Positions 10,613 to 21,353 of a stretch of 64,000 bases of DNA are shown here, in pieces (the stretch's first letter is position 1; each line of letters begins with the position of its first letter). Made by a program: the position numbers and the translations under genes. The DNA is taken from positions 17,910-81,909 of the forward strand of contig CAYTGV010000003.1 of assembly GCA_964437495.1 (NCBI GenBank), written 5' to 3'. The notes below the pieces were generated by a model that did no database searches, had not been told where the DNA came from, and worked only from the letters and a program-made list of their open reading frames with translations. Origin of the DNA: an uncultured Planctomycetia bacterium (GTDB lineage: Bacteria; Omnitrophota; Gorgyraeia; B26-G9).

Positions 10613-11611
10613 ATGAGTAAATTTCTTGGAAAAAGTATAGTTATTATTATATGTCTAACACTTCTGGTCGGTAAAGTGTTTGCAGAGCCAATTATGAATA
10701 ATGCCCGGTTTATTCCACCTGATGGAGGGATTTTACTGATTGTCGGTCAGTATAAAGAGGCAATAGATACATATGTGAGGGAATTGGGGCATATTCCTGC
10801 TGGGATAATGGTCTATACTTCAGTACAGCATGCAGAAGGGATTTATGATGCATTTGACCATGGAGGCGGCGCGCAGCATTTACAATATGAGATAGAGCAA
10901 TACCCAAATACAGTAATGCAGGTTGGACTTTACATGGTTGATGTGCTGCAGGAGATATTGAATGGAGTATATGATGAGAATCTGCAAAAGATCGGCAATT
11001 GGATAAAAAATTCTAAGAGGCCTGTATATCTAAGGATTGGCTATGAATTTTACGGTCCGCATAATCATTATGATCCGCAGTTATATATAAAAGCGTACCG
11101 CTATATTGCGGATAAGTTTCAAGCTATGGGAATAGATAATATATCCTATGTATGGCATTCCTATGCGAATTATACAAAAAGATCTGTAATGGATTGGTAC
11201 CCCGGTGATGAGTATGTAGATTGGGTGGCTCTGTCTTATTTTAACAATATGAAGGAAAGCCTTGAAAGTATAGCAGGGATTGCTAAAGCAAAGAATAAAC
11301 CGTTGATGATTGCAGAGGCAACCCCATGCGGCATTGGCGTAACGCATGAAAATAATGCCTTAAAGCGCTGGTATGAGCCATTTTTTAAGTTCATTGAAGA
11401 AAACAATGTAAAAGCTATAAGCTATATAAATTGCGATTGGGAAGCGCTTCCTATGTGGAAGGGCCAAGGCTGGAAGGATAGCCGTGTTCAGGCTAATCCA
11501 GTGATAAGAAAACGCTGGCTTGAAGAAGTGCAAAAAGATAAATACCTTAAGTCTTCATCGAGATTATTCAATATCCTAGGATTTTCTTTACAAAAAATAC
11601 CCTCTAAATAG
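10613..11611 (+). CDS. secreted glycoside hydrolase, GH26 (mannanase)-like TIM-barrel
   Basis: Signal peptide; YLRIGYEFYGP (acid/base Glu region) and MIAEATP (nucleophile Glu region) resemble GH26/clan GH-A. Confidence 0.45.
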   Translation: MSKFLGKSIVIIICLTLLVGKVFAEPIMNNARFIPPDGGILLIVGQYKEAIDTYVRELGHIPAGIMVYTSVQHAEGIYDAFDHGGGAQHLQYEIEQYPNTVMQVGLYMVDVLQEILNGVYDENLQKIGNWIKNSKRPVYLRIGYEFYGPHNHYDPQLYIKAYRYIADKFQAMGIDNISYVWHSYANYTKRSVMDWYPGDEYVDWVALSYFNNMKESLESIAGIAKAKNKPLMIAEATPCGIGVTHENNALKRWYEPFFKFIEENNVKAISYINCDWEALPMWKGQGWKDSRVQANPVIRKRWLEEVQKDKYLKSSSRLFNILGFSLQKIPSK

Positions 11612-11686
11612 AGTTTTATTTCATTTTCTTCCTCTAAAAGCCTCTTTTTCTGTAGTATATTTGTGTTTGCAACAAAAATATACTTG

Positions 11687-11702
11687 ACTATAATATTATA
11701 GT
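11687..11702. promoter_or_regulatory. 16-bp perfect palindrome ACTATAATATTATAGT overlapping the putative promoter of the TetR-efflux operon (candidate TetR operator)
   Basis: Directly read; located 40 bp upstream of the TetR start, embedded in cttgACTATAAT. Confidence 0.5.
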
Positions 11703-11741
11703 GTGCTATACTTTTAATATAAACTACAATAAGGAGGCAAA

Positions 11742-12413
11742 ATGACAAAAAAACGTTTTTCACTTAGAGAGCGCAAGAGCGCGAAAACAAAGATTGCATT
11801 AATGAATGAATTTGTTAAAAGGCTTGAGCATACTAACCTGGATAATATCTCTATTCGGGAGGTATGTGAGGCTGTGGATGTGTCTGAGGGCACATTTTAT
11901 AATTATTTTCCTGCAAAGCCGGATGTGATTTATTTTCATATTGCTGCTTTTAGTGCGGTATCTTTTTGGCGATTATTTCACGAAATCAAACCGAAAAGTG
12001 AATTAGAAAAAATAGATGGCCTTTTAACGGCAATGGCAATTGAGAAATTAAATCCTAATCAGCTCTATGGTCTGATGTCAGCGATAATTGGTCAAAGGCA
12101 ATGCGCCCTTGAAAATGAAAACCTCAAAATCACTGCTGCTGAAAAATATTATGCTTTTCCCGAGTGTGAGGGCATAGCAGATGTAGAGCCTTCCACGCTT
12201 TTATTTAAAAAGTTTTTTAAAGAATGCCTAAAGAAAGCTATAGAAAACAAAGAATTGCCCGTAGATACCAATGTAGAAGAGACAGTTGTCCATCTTAAAA
12301 CTATTCTCTCCGGTGTAGCTCTTGCTGTAGAGACTAAAGATTTTTCAAAAATCAGTGAATATAGAAATAAACATCTAGGGCTTCTTTGGAAGGCTTTAGA
12401 TAGAAAGTATTAA
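11742..12413 (+). CDS. TetR/AcrR-family transcriptional regulator
   Basis: N-terminal ISIREVCEAVDVSEGTFYNYFPAK HTH signature of the TetR family. Confidence 0.75.
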   Translation: MTKKRFSLRERKSAKTKIALMNEFVKRLEHTNLDNISIREVCEAVDVSEGTFYNYFPAKPDVIYFHIAAFSAVSFWRLFHEIKPKSELEKIDGLLTAMAIEKLNPNQLYGLMSAIIGQRQCALENENLKITAAEKYYAFPECEGIADVEPSTLLFKKFFKECLKKAIENKELPVDTNVEETVVHLKTILSGVALAVETKDFSKISEYRNKHLGLLWKALDRKY

Positions 12414-12426
12414 AAAAGGGGAGATA

Positions 12427-13725
12427 ATGAAGAAAAAGTTTATTGTAAAATTAATATTGCTGATTGTTCTGTGTTGTTTTTTTCAGGCAAAGGCAATTGC
12501 ACAGGAAAAAATAAGTATTGATTTAGATCAGGCCGTGGAAATGGCTGTACAAGAGAGTGAAGATTACAAGTTATCTGTTAATGAGGTTATTAAACGCAAT
12601 CAGCAGTATCGGCAGTCTAAGTCGGCTATTTATCCGCGGTTAAATGCTGATATAAGCTGGTTGAATAATTTTGAATATCCCAATAGCGTACGCAAAACTA
12701 CAAGGGACTATAGCTTTGATGCCGGGGTGTCGGTTTCACAGCTTGTATGGTCATTTGGAAAAGTGTCTTCTGCTATTCGTTTTGCCAGACAGTATGAAAA
12801 TATTGGACGTCTTGAGCAGGAAGCCGCAAAAGAGGATATTGTTTATGCCACTAAAATAAATTATTTTTCCGCTCTTTTGGCTCAGGATACACATGGAATA
12901 CTTGCGCAGTCTTTAGAAAACGCGCGTGAGAATAAGATTCTCTTAGAAAAGCGCTCGTCTTCAGGACGCAGCCCAAGAAGAGACCTGATAAAGATGGAAG
13001 CAGATATAGCGTCCCGTATCCCATCGGTAAATGAAGCGCGGGCAGGGCTTAATTCTGCGATACGCAGCCTAAAAGTTATTACCGGTATTAGTGCAACTGA
13101 TAAAGTTGAACTTGCTGATATTAATATGCTGGAGAAGACTCTTATTAAAAAAGAAAAATATATAGCTTCTCTTAATGCTAATGAGCCGACAATAAAGGCG
13201 CTTGAATCCAGCCTTAAGGCGCAGGATGAGGTAATTAAGATAAGACGCGCCGGTTATTATCCGACAATATCTGCTTTTGCCAGCTGGGATGAAATGGGAA
13301 TTAGTGATGATGCTGATCTTTATAACGGCAATGCTGACGGTTACGGGGTAGCTGGGGTTAAGGTCAGTGTGCCTCTTTGGACAGGAGGACAGACTGCGTC
13401 TGAGCTTGAACAGGCAAGAATTGATAAGCGCAGTGCAAAACTTGTGCTTCAAAAAACTAAAAAGCAGTTTTCGCTTAACCTTGAAAACGCATTATCTGAA
13501 TATCAGGAGTACATAAAAACTCTTGAAGCGAATATTCATGCGGTTGAACTGGCAAAAGAATCATTTGAACTTACCAGAGATATGTTTACAACCGGAAAAG
13601 TAACGCTTGCAGATCTTAATGATGCGGAGCTGATGCTTACCGGAGAACTTTTAAACAAACAGGTTACCTTGTATAACCTAAATCTAACAAAGGCAAAAAT
13701 TGAAAGATTGGCAGGGATGAAATGA
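12427..13725 (+). CDS. TolC-like outer-membrane efflux protein
   Basis: Signal peptide, about 430 aa, two repeated coiled-coil / beta-barrel halves typical of OEP family. Confidence 0.7.
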   Translation: MKKKFIVKLILLIVLCCFFQAKAIAQEKISIDLDQAVEMAVQESEDYKLSVNEVIKRNQQYRQSKSAIYPRLNADISWLNNFEYPNSVRKTTRDYSFDAGVSVSQLVWSFGKVSSAIRFARQYENIGRLEQEAAKEDIVYATKINYFSALLAQDTHGILAQSLENARENKILLEKRSSSGRSPRRDLIKMEADIASRIPSVNEARAGLNSAIRSLKVITGISATDKVELADINMLEKTLIKKEKYIASLNANEPTIKALESSLKAQDEVIKIRRAGYYPTISAFASWDEMGISDDADLYNGNADGYGVAGVKVSVPLWTGGQTASELEQARIDKRSAKLVLQKTKKQFSLNLENALSEYQEYIKTLEANIHAVELAKESFELTRDMFTTGKVTLADLNDAELMLTGELLNKQVTLYNLNLTKAKIERLAGMK

Positions 13726-14396
13726 GAAAATTATTAAAACTACGGATTGTCTGTTACCTGGTGATTCTGGCGGTATTCAGCCTTCTGGTTTTTATCCAGC
13801 AGCAAATAGTAATAAAAGAAAGGTCAAAGGAAATCGTAAGTGCTTTCAGTCAATGGCAGAATGAAGGCCGGCCGGTTACTGTTAAACAAATGCAGCGGCA
13901 GGATGTAAAAGAATTTCGCAGGCTGACCTTGTCGAATATAAACGGATTGAATGCTGTATCATTTGTATCTGCTGAAAAACGCGATAAATTAGCCGTAGGA
14001 CAGGAATTATTTTTTTCAGATAAGACAGAACGCAAAGCCGGAATTATTACCGCTGTATTTGATAAATTAGACCGGGATACCGGGTTGTTCCCCCTAAAAA
14101 TAAAGCTTGAAATGCCGCTTGAAGGTAAGGATAACCTGGTTTATGTTCATATTAATACTTTTAAGGATGTTTTTTCCCTGCCGCTGGAAATACTTGATAT
14201 ACACGGCGGATCTTTTTATATTTGGAAAGTTGACCAGGGCCGGGCTGTTGAACATAAAATTGAATTAGTTTGCCGTAACGGATATGGGGCAATAATCAAA
14301 AGTGGGATTGCAAAGGGCGATATGGTTATATTTTCCGGCCAGTCGCAACTGCGCTTAAAGGATAAAGTAAAAATAATAAAGGAGATATTACAATGA
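13722..14396 (+). CDS. RND efflux periplasmic adaptor (membrane fusion protein), short form
   Basis: N-terminal TM anchor, position between OMP and RND pump with overlapping start/stop codons. Confidence 0.6.
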   Translation: MRKLLKLRIVCYLVILAVFSLLVFIQQQIVIKERSKEIVSAFSQWQNEGRPVTVKQMQRQDVKEFRRLTLSNINGLNAVSFVSAEKRDKLAVGQELFFSDKTERKAGIITAVFDKLDRDTGLFPLKIKLEMPLEGKDNLVYVHINTFKDVFSLPLEILDIHGGSFYIWKVDQGRAVEHKIELVCRNGYGAIIKSGIAKGDMVIFSGQSQLRLKDKVKIIKEILQ

Positions 14397-17300
14397 TAGC
14401 TTTTTTCGTAAAACGGCCGGTTACGACTATAATGATGGTGTCTTTGTTTGTAATTATGGGCATTGTTTCCTTATCAGGGATGCTTGTGGAACAAACGCCT
14501 AAAGTTGATTTTCCAATTATAACCATAACTACTGAATATCCCGGAGCAACGCCGGTTGAGGTGGAAACTCTGGTTATTAATAAGATAGAGGATGCGGTTG
14601 CTGAAATCTCAGAGATTGAAAAAGTTCGCAGTATTTCCTATGATAATGTGGGGTTTGTATTTGTCCAGTTTCTGCTCAGTGCGGATGTTAATGTTAAATC
14701 AATTGAAGTTAAAGACAAGGTTGAGGCAATACTTAATGACCTGCCTGATGATATAGAACAGCCGATTATTGAAAAATATGATCCATTGATGCAGCCGGTA
14801 ATAGAGTTGGTGCTGTCAAGTGAGAGTATGAATATAAGAGATATCTACGAATACGCGGATAAGACTCTTAAAAATAAATTTTCTTCTATTGAGGGCGTGG
14901 CTAAGGTTGATGTTTATGGCGGTAAACAGCGGCAGATAAATGTCCGTCTTAATCCGGTACTGCTAAAGCAGAAATATATTACTGTTGAAGAGGTGGTTTC
15001 ACAGCTGAGCAATAAAAACAAAAATATACCAGGCGGTGAGATTGAAAAAGGATTTTCTAGCCTAAGCGTGCGTTTTGTCGGTGAATTCCAGAATGTAGAT
15101 GAAATAAAAAATCTGGAATTACAGTCTATAGACGGTAATAAATTTCTTTTATCTGATGTAGCTGATATTCAGGATAGCTTCAAGAAGGTTAATACTATTG
15201 CCCGCTATAACGGCAAAGAGGTTGTCGGTCTCTCTTTAAATAAAGTGTCTGATGGAAATGCTGTTAATATAGCACGTGAGGTAATGCAGCGTATAGATGA
15301 GTTCCGGGCTATGCTCCCTAAAGGTGTAGACATGGAAATCGCCTCTAATACGACCAATTTTATAGTTAATGAGACAACCGACGCGCAGTTTAATATTGCA
15401 ATAGGTATTTTTCTGACAATTATAATTTTGTATCTTTTTACCGGACAGGCAAAGCTTACTTTTATTGCCGCGCTGGTAATCCCGACATCGATTGTGTCTA
15501 CATTCTGGCCGATGAGCGGTTCAGATTTTACTATCAATTTTATGACTTTGCTGGCGATTGCCATGGCTTTAGGAACATTGATCGCTAATGCTATTGTTAT
15601 TATCGAAAACGTGCTTGAGCATATGGAGCATAATGAGAGCGCGCAGAACGCGGCAATAACTGGGACAAAAGAAGTGGCCGGCGCGATTATCGCATCAACC
15701 GGAACAAACCTTGTAGTGTTTACGCCGATTGCCATGATGGGCGGTATCGTCGGCAAGTTCTTTGTTTCTTTTGGTGTTACGGTTATTTACGCGACTTTGT
15801 TTTCTTTGCTCGCGTCATTTACATTGACTCCAATGCTTTGCGGATTGTTGTTAAAAAAAAGAAAAGCTGCACCTGCTAAAACCAAAAGCGCGCTGCTTAA
15901 TGCCTTTACCGCTCCGGTAAGGTTAACAGAAAGAATGATGAATTTCATGAAAATAGAGTATAAGCGTATATTTAATGCTGTATTCCGTCATCCTGTGTTG
16001 ACTTGTTTGGTGGTATTTCTTTCGCTTTGGTCTTTGCGCTTTGTCATGCCTTATCTGGGCAGTGAATTTATTCCTGCTGATGATGAAGATAAGGTTCAAG
16101 TTAATCTTGTTATGCCCAAAGGTGTTACTATAGATCGTACCCTTTCAGTGATTGAGAAAATTGAAGTAAAGGTCGCTGAACTCCCAGAGGTAGAATCTTA
16201 CTTAAGCAATATTGGTGAAAATGGAGTTGAAAATGCCTCGATTATAGTAAGCTTGATACCTTCAAAGGATCGTCAACGTTCTGACAGCGATATTATTGAT
16301 GTCTTGACTCCGTTTATGTCTGATATCCCGGACGCGGAAATTAATATGCTGCGTGCGGGCATGGAGTCACAGGGCAATGGGGATATATCGATAAATATAT
16401 CAGGTGATGATTATAATCAGGTAATAAATTACGCGTGGAAGATGAAACAGATTATGCAGCAAAGCGGTTATTTTCGTTCTGTAGATTCTTCTTATAAAAT
16501 GCCGAAAAAAGAAATTCGTTTTATTCCTGATCAGCAAAAACTGAATGAGTATGGCTTGAGCAGCGCACAGATAGCAGGTATGATGCGGGACAGTATTTAT
16601 GGAAATACAGATAATGTTTATAAGGAAAAAGGCGAGGAATATGATATAAATATCGAGCTTGACGATAAATATATGACTAACTTTGATGATGTTAAACAGA
16701 TTCTGGTAAGTTCTGCTCAGGGTATGATTCCGGTAACAGAGTTGGGGACTCTTGTGGATGATAAGTCCTTGCCGACCATAAGGCATCGTGATCGCAATCG
16801 GGTTATTCGACTGGAGGGTTTTTTGTCGAAAAGTAATGCCGGTTTTGTGCGTGGCTTGCTGGATAAAAAATTTAGTGAGTTGGGTATGTCTGCAGAATAC
16901 GGATATGCTTATGTTGAAGATGCTGAACATGAAGCTGAAGCGAGTGAGGAGATGGCAAAAGCCTTTATTCTTGCAGTTATTTTAACTTATATGCTTTTGG
17001 CTGCTATATTGAATTCCGGGTCTTATCCGATATCGATCATGATGACTGTATTGACATCTTTTGTCGGAGTATTTTATACAATGTTTTTCCTGGGATATTC
17101 TATGGGTGTAACTTCGATGATGGGTATGGTCATGCTTGTCGGCCTGGTGGTCAACAATGCTATTCTTTTACTTGATTACACTATCTTAAAGATGAAAGAA
17201 GGGCTGCCGGTGAAAGAGGCTCTGTGGCAGGGAGCATCAGTTAAATTTCGCGCGATTATTATGACCTCATTAGCAATTGTTTTAGGTGTTATGCCGCAGC

Positions 17301-17455
17301 TGTGGGCAATGATGGGCGCGAAAAGAGCTATGGGGGCTGTAATGGTCGGCGGAATGCTGGCTTCTATTGTATACACATTGATTTTTATTCCGATTGTATT
17401 CTGGTTTACCTGTAATATAGAAGAGTTTATTAAATCAAAAATAGGAAAACGATAA
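14393..17455 (+). CDS. RND-family multidrug efflux permease (AcrB/AcrD/AcrF family)
   Basis: 1020 aa, 12-TM plus two large periplasmic loops architecture, conserved N-terminal MIAFFVKRPV..TTIMMV. Confidence 0.85.
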   Translation: MIAFFVKRPVTTIMMVSLFVIMGIVSLSGMLVEQTPKVDFPIITITTEYPGATPVEVETLVINKIEDAVAEISEIEKVRSISYDNVGFVFVQFLLSADVNVKSIEVKDKVEAILNDLPDDIEQPIIEKYDPLMQPVIELVLSSESMNIRDIYEYADKTLKNKFSSIEGVAKVDVYGGKQRQINVRLNPVLLKQKYITVEEVVSQLSNKNKNIPGGEIEKGFSSLSVRFVGEFQNVDEIKNLELQSIDGNKFLLSDVADIQDSFKKVNTIARYNGKEVVGLSLNKVSDGNAVNIAREVMQRIDEFRAMLPKGVDMEIASNTTNFIVNETTDAQFNIAIGIFLTIIILYLFTGQAKLTFIAALVIPTSIVSTFWPMSGSDFTINFMTLLAIAMALGTLIANAIVIIENVLEHMEHNESAQNAAITGTKEVAGAIIASTGTNLVVFTPIAMMGGIVGKFFVSFGVTVIYATLFSLLASFTLTPMLCGLLLKKRKAAPAKTKSALLNAFTAPVRLTERMMNFMKIEYKRIFNAVFRHPVLTCLVVFLSLWSLRFVMPYLGSEFIPADDEDKVQVNLVMPKGVTIDRTLSVIEKIEVKVAELPEVESYLSNIGENGVENASIIVSLIPSKDRQRSDSDIIDVLTPFMSDIPDAEINMLRAGMESQGNGDISINISGDDYNQVINYAWKMKQIMQQSGYFRSVDSSYKMPKKEIRFIPDQQKLNEYGLSSAQIAGMMRDSIYGNTDNVYKEKGEEYDINIELDDKYMTNFDDVKQILVSSAQGMIPVTELGTLVDDKSLPTIRHRDRNRVIRLEGFLSKSNAGFVRGLLDKKFSELGMSAEYGYAYVEDAEHEAEASEEMAKAFILAVILTYMLLAAILNSGSYPISIMMTVLTSFVGVFYTMFFLGYSMGVTSMMGMVMLVGLVVNNAILLLDYTILKMKEGLPVKEALWQGASVKFRAIIMTSLAIVLGVMPQLWAMMGAKRAMGAVMVGGMLASIVYTLIFIPIVFWFTCNIEEFIKSKIGKR

Positions 17456-17682
17456 TGAACACAGTATATTATAAAAAAGTTAATAATACTTTCGTTTAAG
17501 ATGTTAATAAAATAATTCAGGAAGAACAGAATTTTAATATTGAGGTTATGGTATAACTTGCCTAAATCTCTAACCCGTTATACAATGAATAAATCATAGA
17601 AAATAGATTCAAGTAAATGTCTAAGTATTTGGAAATAGGCAGATTTAGGATTAGATGCGATAAATGGAGACATAAGGAATAT

Positions 17683-19086
17683 ATGAATATAATTATCGTC
17701 GGTGCTGGAGTAGTAGGCTTTGGACTTACTAAATATCTTTCGCAGCTTAATCATCACATTGCTGTAATCGATTATAACTCAAGACATTGTGATTATATAA
17801 GTAGTAAGCTTGATGTGCTTGTGATTAATGCTTTGGGCAGCTCTCCGGCAGCTCTGGAAAGTGCGGGAATAGAATCAGCAGACATGGTCATTGCGGTTAC
17901 TCCCAGCGATGAAGCGAATCTTTTAGTATGCAATTTTGCCGCTCAATATGGAGTATCCAAACGCATAGCTCGGGTTAAAACCGATATTTATACTGCTGGC
18001 TCTAAGCTTGATCTGGACAGGGTGGGAATAACGCATCTAATTGAGCCTGAAAAAGAAGTAATGCAGAAAATCATCCAATATATAGATTTGCCGGGGGTTT
18101 TGGAAACGGCTAATTTCCAGTCAAATAATATATATTTGCGGGGCTATCAGGTTACCGAAGAGATGCCTATTCACGGTAAACAACTCTTAGAGATAAAGGA
18201 TATTACCAAGGATTTTCCAGTACTTTTTGTCGTAATTAATCGCAACGGGAAAAGTCTGCCTCCGATCGGTACACAGACTATAATGGCCGGAGATAAAATT
18301 GTTGCGATTATGCCGAAAGATTCATTTAAAACATTTTGCTATCTGGTAAGTCATAAAATAGTAAAAATGAAAAAGGCGGTTGTCTTTGGGGACTCGCTTA
18401 CAGCTATTCATCTGGCGCAGGCTTTAGTCGGTCATTGTGAGGAAATATTTCTTGTGGATCCTGATTTAGAGCATGGGCATATAGCTGCCACGCAGCTTAA
18501 ATCAGTGCAAGTGCTTCATGGGGATTGTACAGACAGTGATTTTCTTCAGGAAATTGGGATTCAGTATGCGGATTGCTTTATCGCTGTTGCTGAGGATATG
18601 GAAGATAATATGATGTCCTGTATATTAGCAAAAAACGAGGGAGCAAAAAGAGTTATTGCTGTACGTAATAATCAGCGTCATAGTGAACTTTTTTATTCAC
18701 TGGGCATAGATCAAATTATTAATCCGCAGCAGATTACGCTTGATGCTATTATTGAAAAGATACAGATAATAGCACTTGGAACTCATTTAAAACTTCAAAG
18801 TGCAGATATTGAGGTGGTTCATTTCAAGGCTTCCGGTCAGAGTAATGTTATCGGAAAATCACTGCGTGATCTTAACAGACAATTTAAAAATGTAGTTGTG
18901 ATCGGCAGTATTATCAGAAAAAACTCAATAATTATACCCGAAGGCAATACTGTAATCGAAACAGAAGATGAAATTATTGCGCTTTCTCCAAAAAAATATA
19001 TCAAAAGACTAAACAGATTATTTAATCCAAGTTGGGCTAAAAAAATTTCCTCAACATTATCAAATAACCACGTAGAAAAAAAGTGA
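17683..19086 (+). CDS. trkA: Trk potassium uptake system NAD-binding subunit
   Basis: Two RCK/KTN domains (MNIIIVGAGVVG and VVFGDSLTAIHLAQAL Rossmann motifs); start chosen at MNIIIVGAG (ORF begins 17617). Confidence 0.8.
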   Translation: MNIIIVGAGVVGFGLTKYLSQLNHHIAVIDYNSRHCDYISSKLDVLVINALGSSPAALESAGIESADMVIAVTPSDEANLLVCNFAAQYGVSKRIARVKTDIYTAGSKLDLDRVGITHLIEPEKEVMQKIIQYIDLPGVLETANFQSNNIYLRGYQVTEEMPIHGKQLLEIKDITKDFPVLFVVINRNGKSLPPIGTQTIMAGDKIVAIMPKDSFKTFCYLVSHKIVKMKKAVVFGDSLTAIHLAQALVGHCEEIFLVDPDLEHGHIAATQLKSVQVLHGDCTDSDFLQEIGIQYADCFIAVAEDMEDNMMSCILAKNEGAKRVIAVRNNQRHSELFYSLGIDQIINPQQITLDAIIEKIQIIALGTHLKLQSADIEVVHFKASGQSNVIGKSLRDLNRQFKNVVVIGSIIRKNSIIIPEGNTVIETEDEIIALSPKKYIKRLNRLFNPSWAKKISSTLSNNHVEKK

Positions 19087-20687
19087 AAAAAAGATTTATA
19101 ATTTTTTCTGTTGGAACTTTGCTGGAAATCATTGCGTTTATTTTTCTTATCCCAGCGGCAATAGCTTTTTTCGAAATCCGCGATTCAGGGCCTATTCAAT
19201 TATTTTCTGATCCCCAGTTGCGTGGTTTTTTGATCGCGAGCATATCTTCATTAATCTGCGGAATAATTTTAAGGTGTGTGGGAAATAAAGAAATCACAGG
19301 CACCGGAGTAAAAGAAGGATTTGCAATAGTCACTTTTGGTTGGGTAATATTATCATTTTTTGGCGCAATCCCTCTTTTTAATTATTTTCTTGCTCAAAGT
19401 GATCACGTAACAATATCAACACTGATATCTGCTTTTACTGATGCTTATTTTGAGACAATGAGTGGATTTACTACAACAGGTGCGACAATCATAAGCAATG
19501 TAGAGGCATTACCGCACGGTATTCTTTTCTGGAGAAGTTTAACTCACTGGCTTGGTGGAATGGGCATTATTACACTGGCACTTGCTATATTGCCGGTATT
19601 TGGAGTAGCTAGTTATCAGATGTTTCGCGGAGAAGTTCCTGGGCCTTCCGCAGAACGGCTAAGTCCCAGGCTTACTCATACAGCAAAAATCCTCTGGGGT
19701 GCCTATGCATTACTAACACTTATCCAAACAATATTACTTAAGCTTGGAGGGATGTCTGTTTTTGATGCACTGTGTCATTCTTTTGGAACAATGGCTACCG
19801 GAGGGTTTTCAACAAAGAATGCTTCTTTGGCTGCCTACAACAGCCCTTATATACAGTGGGTTGTAATTATTTTTATGTTTTTTGCGGGCATGAATTTCAT
19901 TATTCACTATCAGATATTATTCACTGGCAAATTCAGCTCACTTAGAAAAAACCGGGAATTCAAATTTTATACATTGGTTATTGTTACGGTTATTTTAATG
20001 AGTACTATTTTTCTTCAAATACGCGGCCTTGCTCCTAAACAAGAAATCAGCAGGCGTTTTCGCAATCAAGCTCTGAGTGAATCTCAAATAGATGATAAAA
20101 TCGACTTGGAAAATAGGAGAATAAGTTCTTTCGGTCAAACCCTGCGTCATGCTGCATTTCAGACGGTATCGATCACTACGACAACAGGATATAGCACAGC
20201 TGATTTTGATACTTGGCCTAATGCAATCAGGTTCACACTGGTAATCCTTATGTTCTTTGGCGGATGTGCTGGTTCAACTGGCGGAGGGATAAAAATGTAC
20301 AGGGTATTGATTTTCATCAAATGTGCCTTGAGAGAAATAAAGACGATTATTCATCCGCGGATTATTTTACCGCTTAAAGTTGACGATAAAGCGATAGAAG
20401 AAAAACAGGTGGCTAATATTATTGGATTTATAGCGCTATTTATGGGTAGTTTTTTATTTTTTACAATTATTATGAGTTTTATGATTGAGGATTTTAGCAC
20501 GGCAGTTACAGCTGTTGCGGCAACAATGTGTAATATCGGTCCAGGGCTTGCCGGAGTGGGAGCAACAGAGAACTATGCCTGGATACCAATGCAGGGGAAA
20601 TGGGTCCTTAGCCTTTGTATGCTGCTCGGCCGTTTGGAAATTTATACTGTGTTTATCCTTTTTATGCCAAGCTCCTGGAGGAAATAG
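19083..20687 (+). CDS. trkH: Trk potassium uptake system membrane subunit
   Basis: About 10-12 TM, repeated GGM/TTTG selectivity-filter-like motifs (TTTGATI, TGGFST, TTTGYS, GSTGGGIK); GTG start overlapping trkA stop. Confidence 0.8.
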   Translation: MKKRFIIFSVGTLLEIIAFIFLIPAAIAFFEIRDSGPIQLFSDPQLRGFLIASISSLICGIILRCVGNKEITGTGVKEGFAIVTFGWVILSFFGAIPLFNYFLAQSDHVTISTLISAFTDAYFETMSGFTTTGATIISNVEALPHGILFWRSLTHWLGGMGIITLALAILPVFGVASYQMFRGEVPGPSAERLSPRLTHTAKILWGAYALLTLIQTILLKLGGMSVFDALCHSFGTMATGGFSTKNASLAAYNSPYIQWVVIIFMFFAGMNFIIHYQILFTGKFSSLRKNREFKFYTLVIVTVILMSTIFLQIRGLAPKQEISRRFRNQALSESQIDDKIDLENRRISSFGQTLRHAAFQTVSITTTTGYSTADFDTWPNAIRFTLVILMFFGGCAGSTGGGIKMYRVLIFIKCALREIKTIIHPRIILPLKVDDKAIEEKQVANIIGFIALFMGSFLFFTIIMSFMIEDFSTAVTAVAATMCNIGPGLAGVGATENYAWIPMQGKWVLSLCMLLGRLEIYTVFILFMPSSWRK

Positions 20688-20796
20688 TTCCTGGATTAGA
20701 CAGGAAATACTTCGATGTTTAAAGATCATCTATAATTTTATCCGTAATTTTGATAGAACTTGCCTAAATTCCTGCTTCGAGATACAATAGAAAAAC

Positions 20797-21312
20797 ATGA
20801 AAGATGCTAAGACCAACAAATACTATAAATGCTCGAGATGTTTTAAAGAGCTCAAGAAGCATGAGATCTGTATTATTGATGATGCTCCTGTATGCCTGCG
20901 CTGTATATACGGCAAGTTAAGGCCATTTGAGATCTATCCGATAGGTGAAGTTAAGAATGATCTCAAGGTTGCTGATACAGGGTTTGGTACTACTGGTGAA
21001 AAGGGGATATCGCGAATAGAATTGATCGAATCTCAAAGACCTTTTCTGTATAGATTAGAAGAGGAAAAAAATATCACTGTGGTATATTATCTACATGAGA
21101 CCGACTCAGTAAAATCTGTTTTCAATCGCGGCCTAGACGGGAAAAAAGTAGGAGTTTTTGCTTCTCGTACACCTTATAGGCTTTCTAAAATAGCTATTCA
21201 GGATGTGAAACTTGTAAACATAGAAAATACGACACTTTATGTGCGTGGATTGGACGCGGTTAACGGAACTCCGATTCTTGATATAAAGATGAAGAAGAAT
21301 AATTTTTTTTAA
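20797..21312 (+). CDS. tsaA: tRNA (adenine37-N6)-methyltransferase TsaA-like (YaeB family)
   Basis: IYPIGEVKND ... GVFASRTPYRLSKIAI ... GLDAVNGTPILDIK pattern of TsaA/YaeB family; N-terminal Cys4 zinc-ribbon extension. Confidence 0.65.
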   Translation: MKDAKTNKYYKCSRCFKELKKHEICIIDDAPVCLRCIYGKLRPFEIYPIGEVKNDLKVADTGFGTTGEKGISRIELIESQRPFLYRLEEEKNITVVYYLHETDSVKSVFNRGLDGKKVGVFASRTPYRLSKIAIQDVKLVNIENTTLYVRGLDAVNGTPILDIKMKKNNFF

Positions 21313-21353
21313 AATTTATAATTAGTGTTAAGAATATTAAAAAGGAGGATAAT

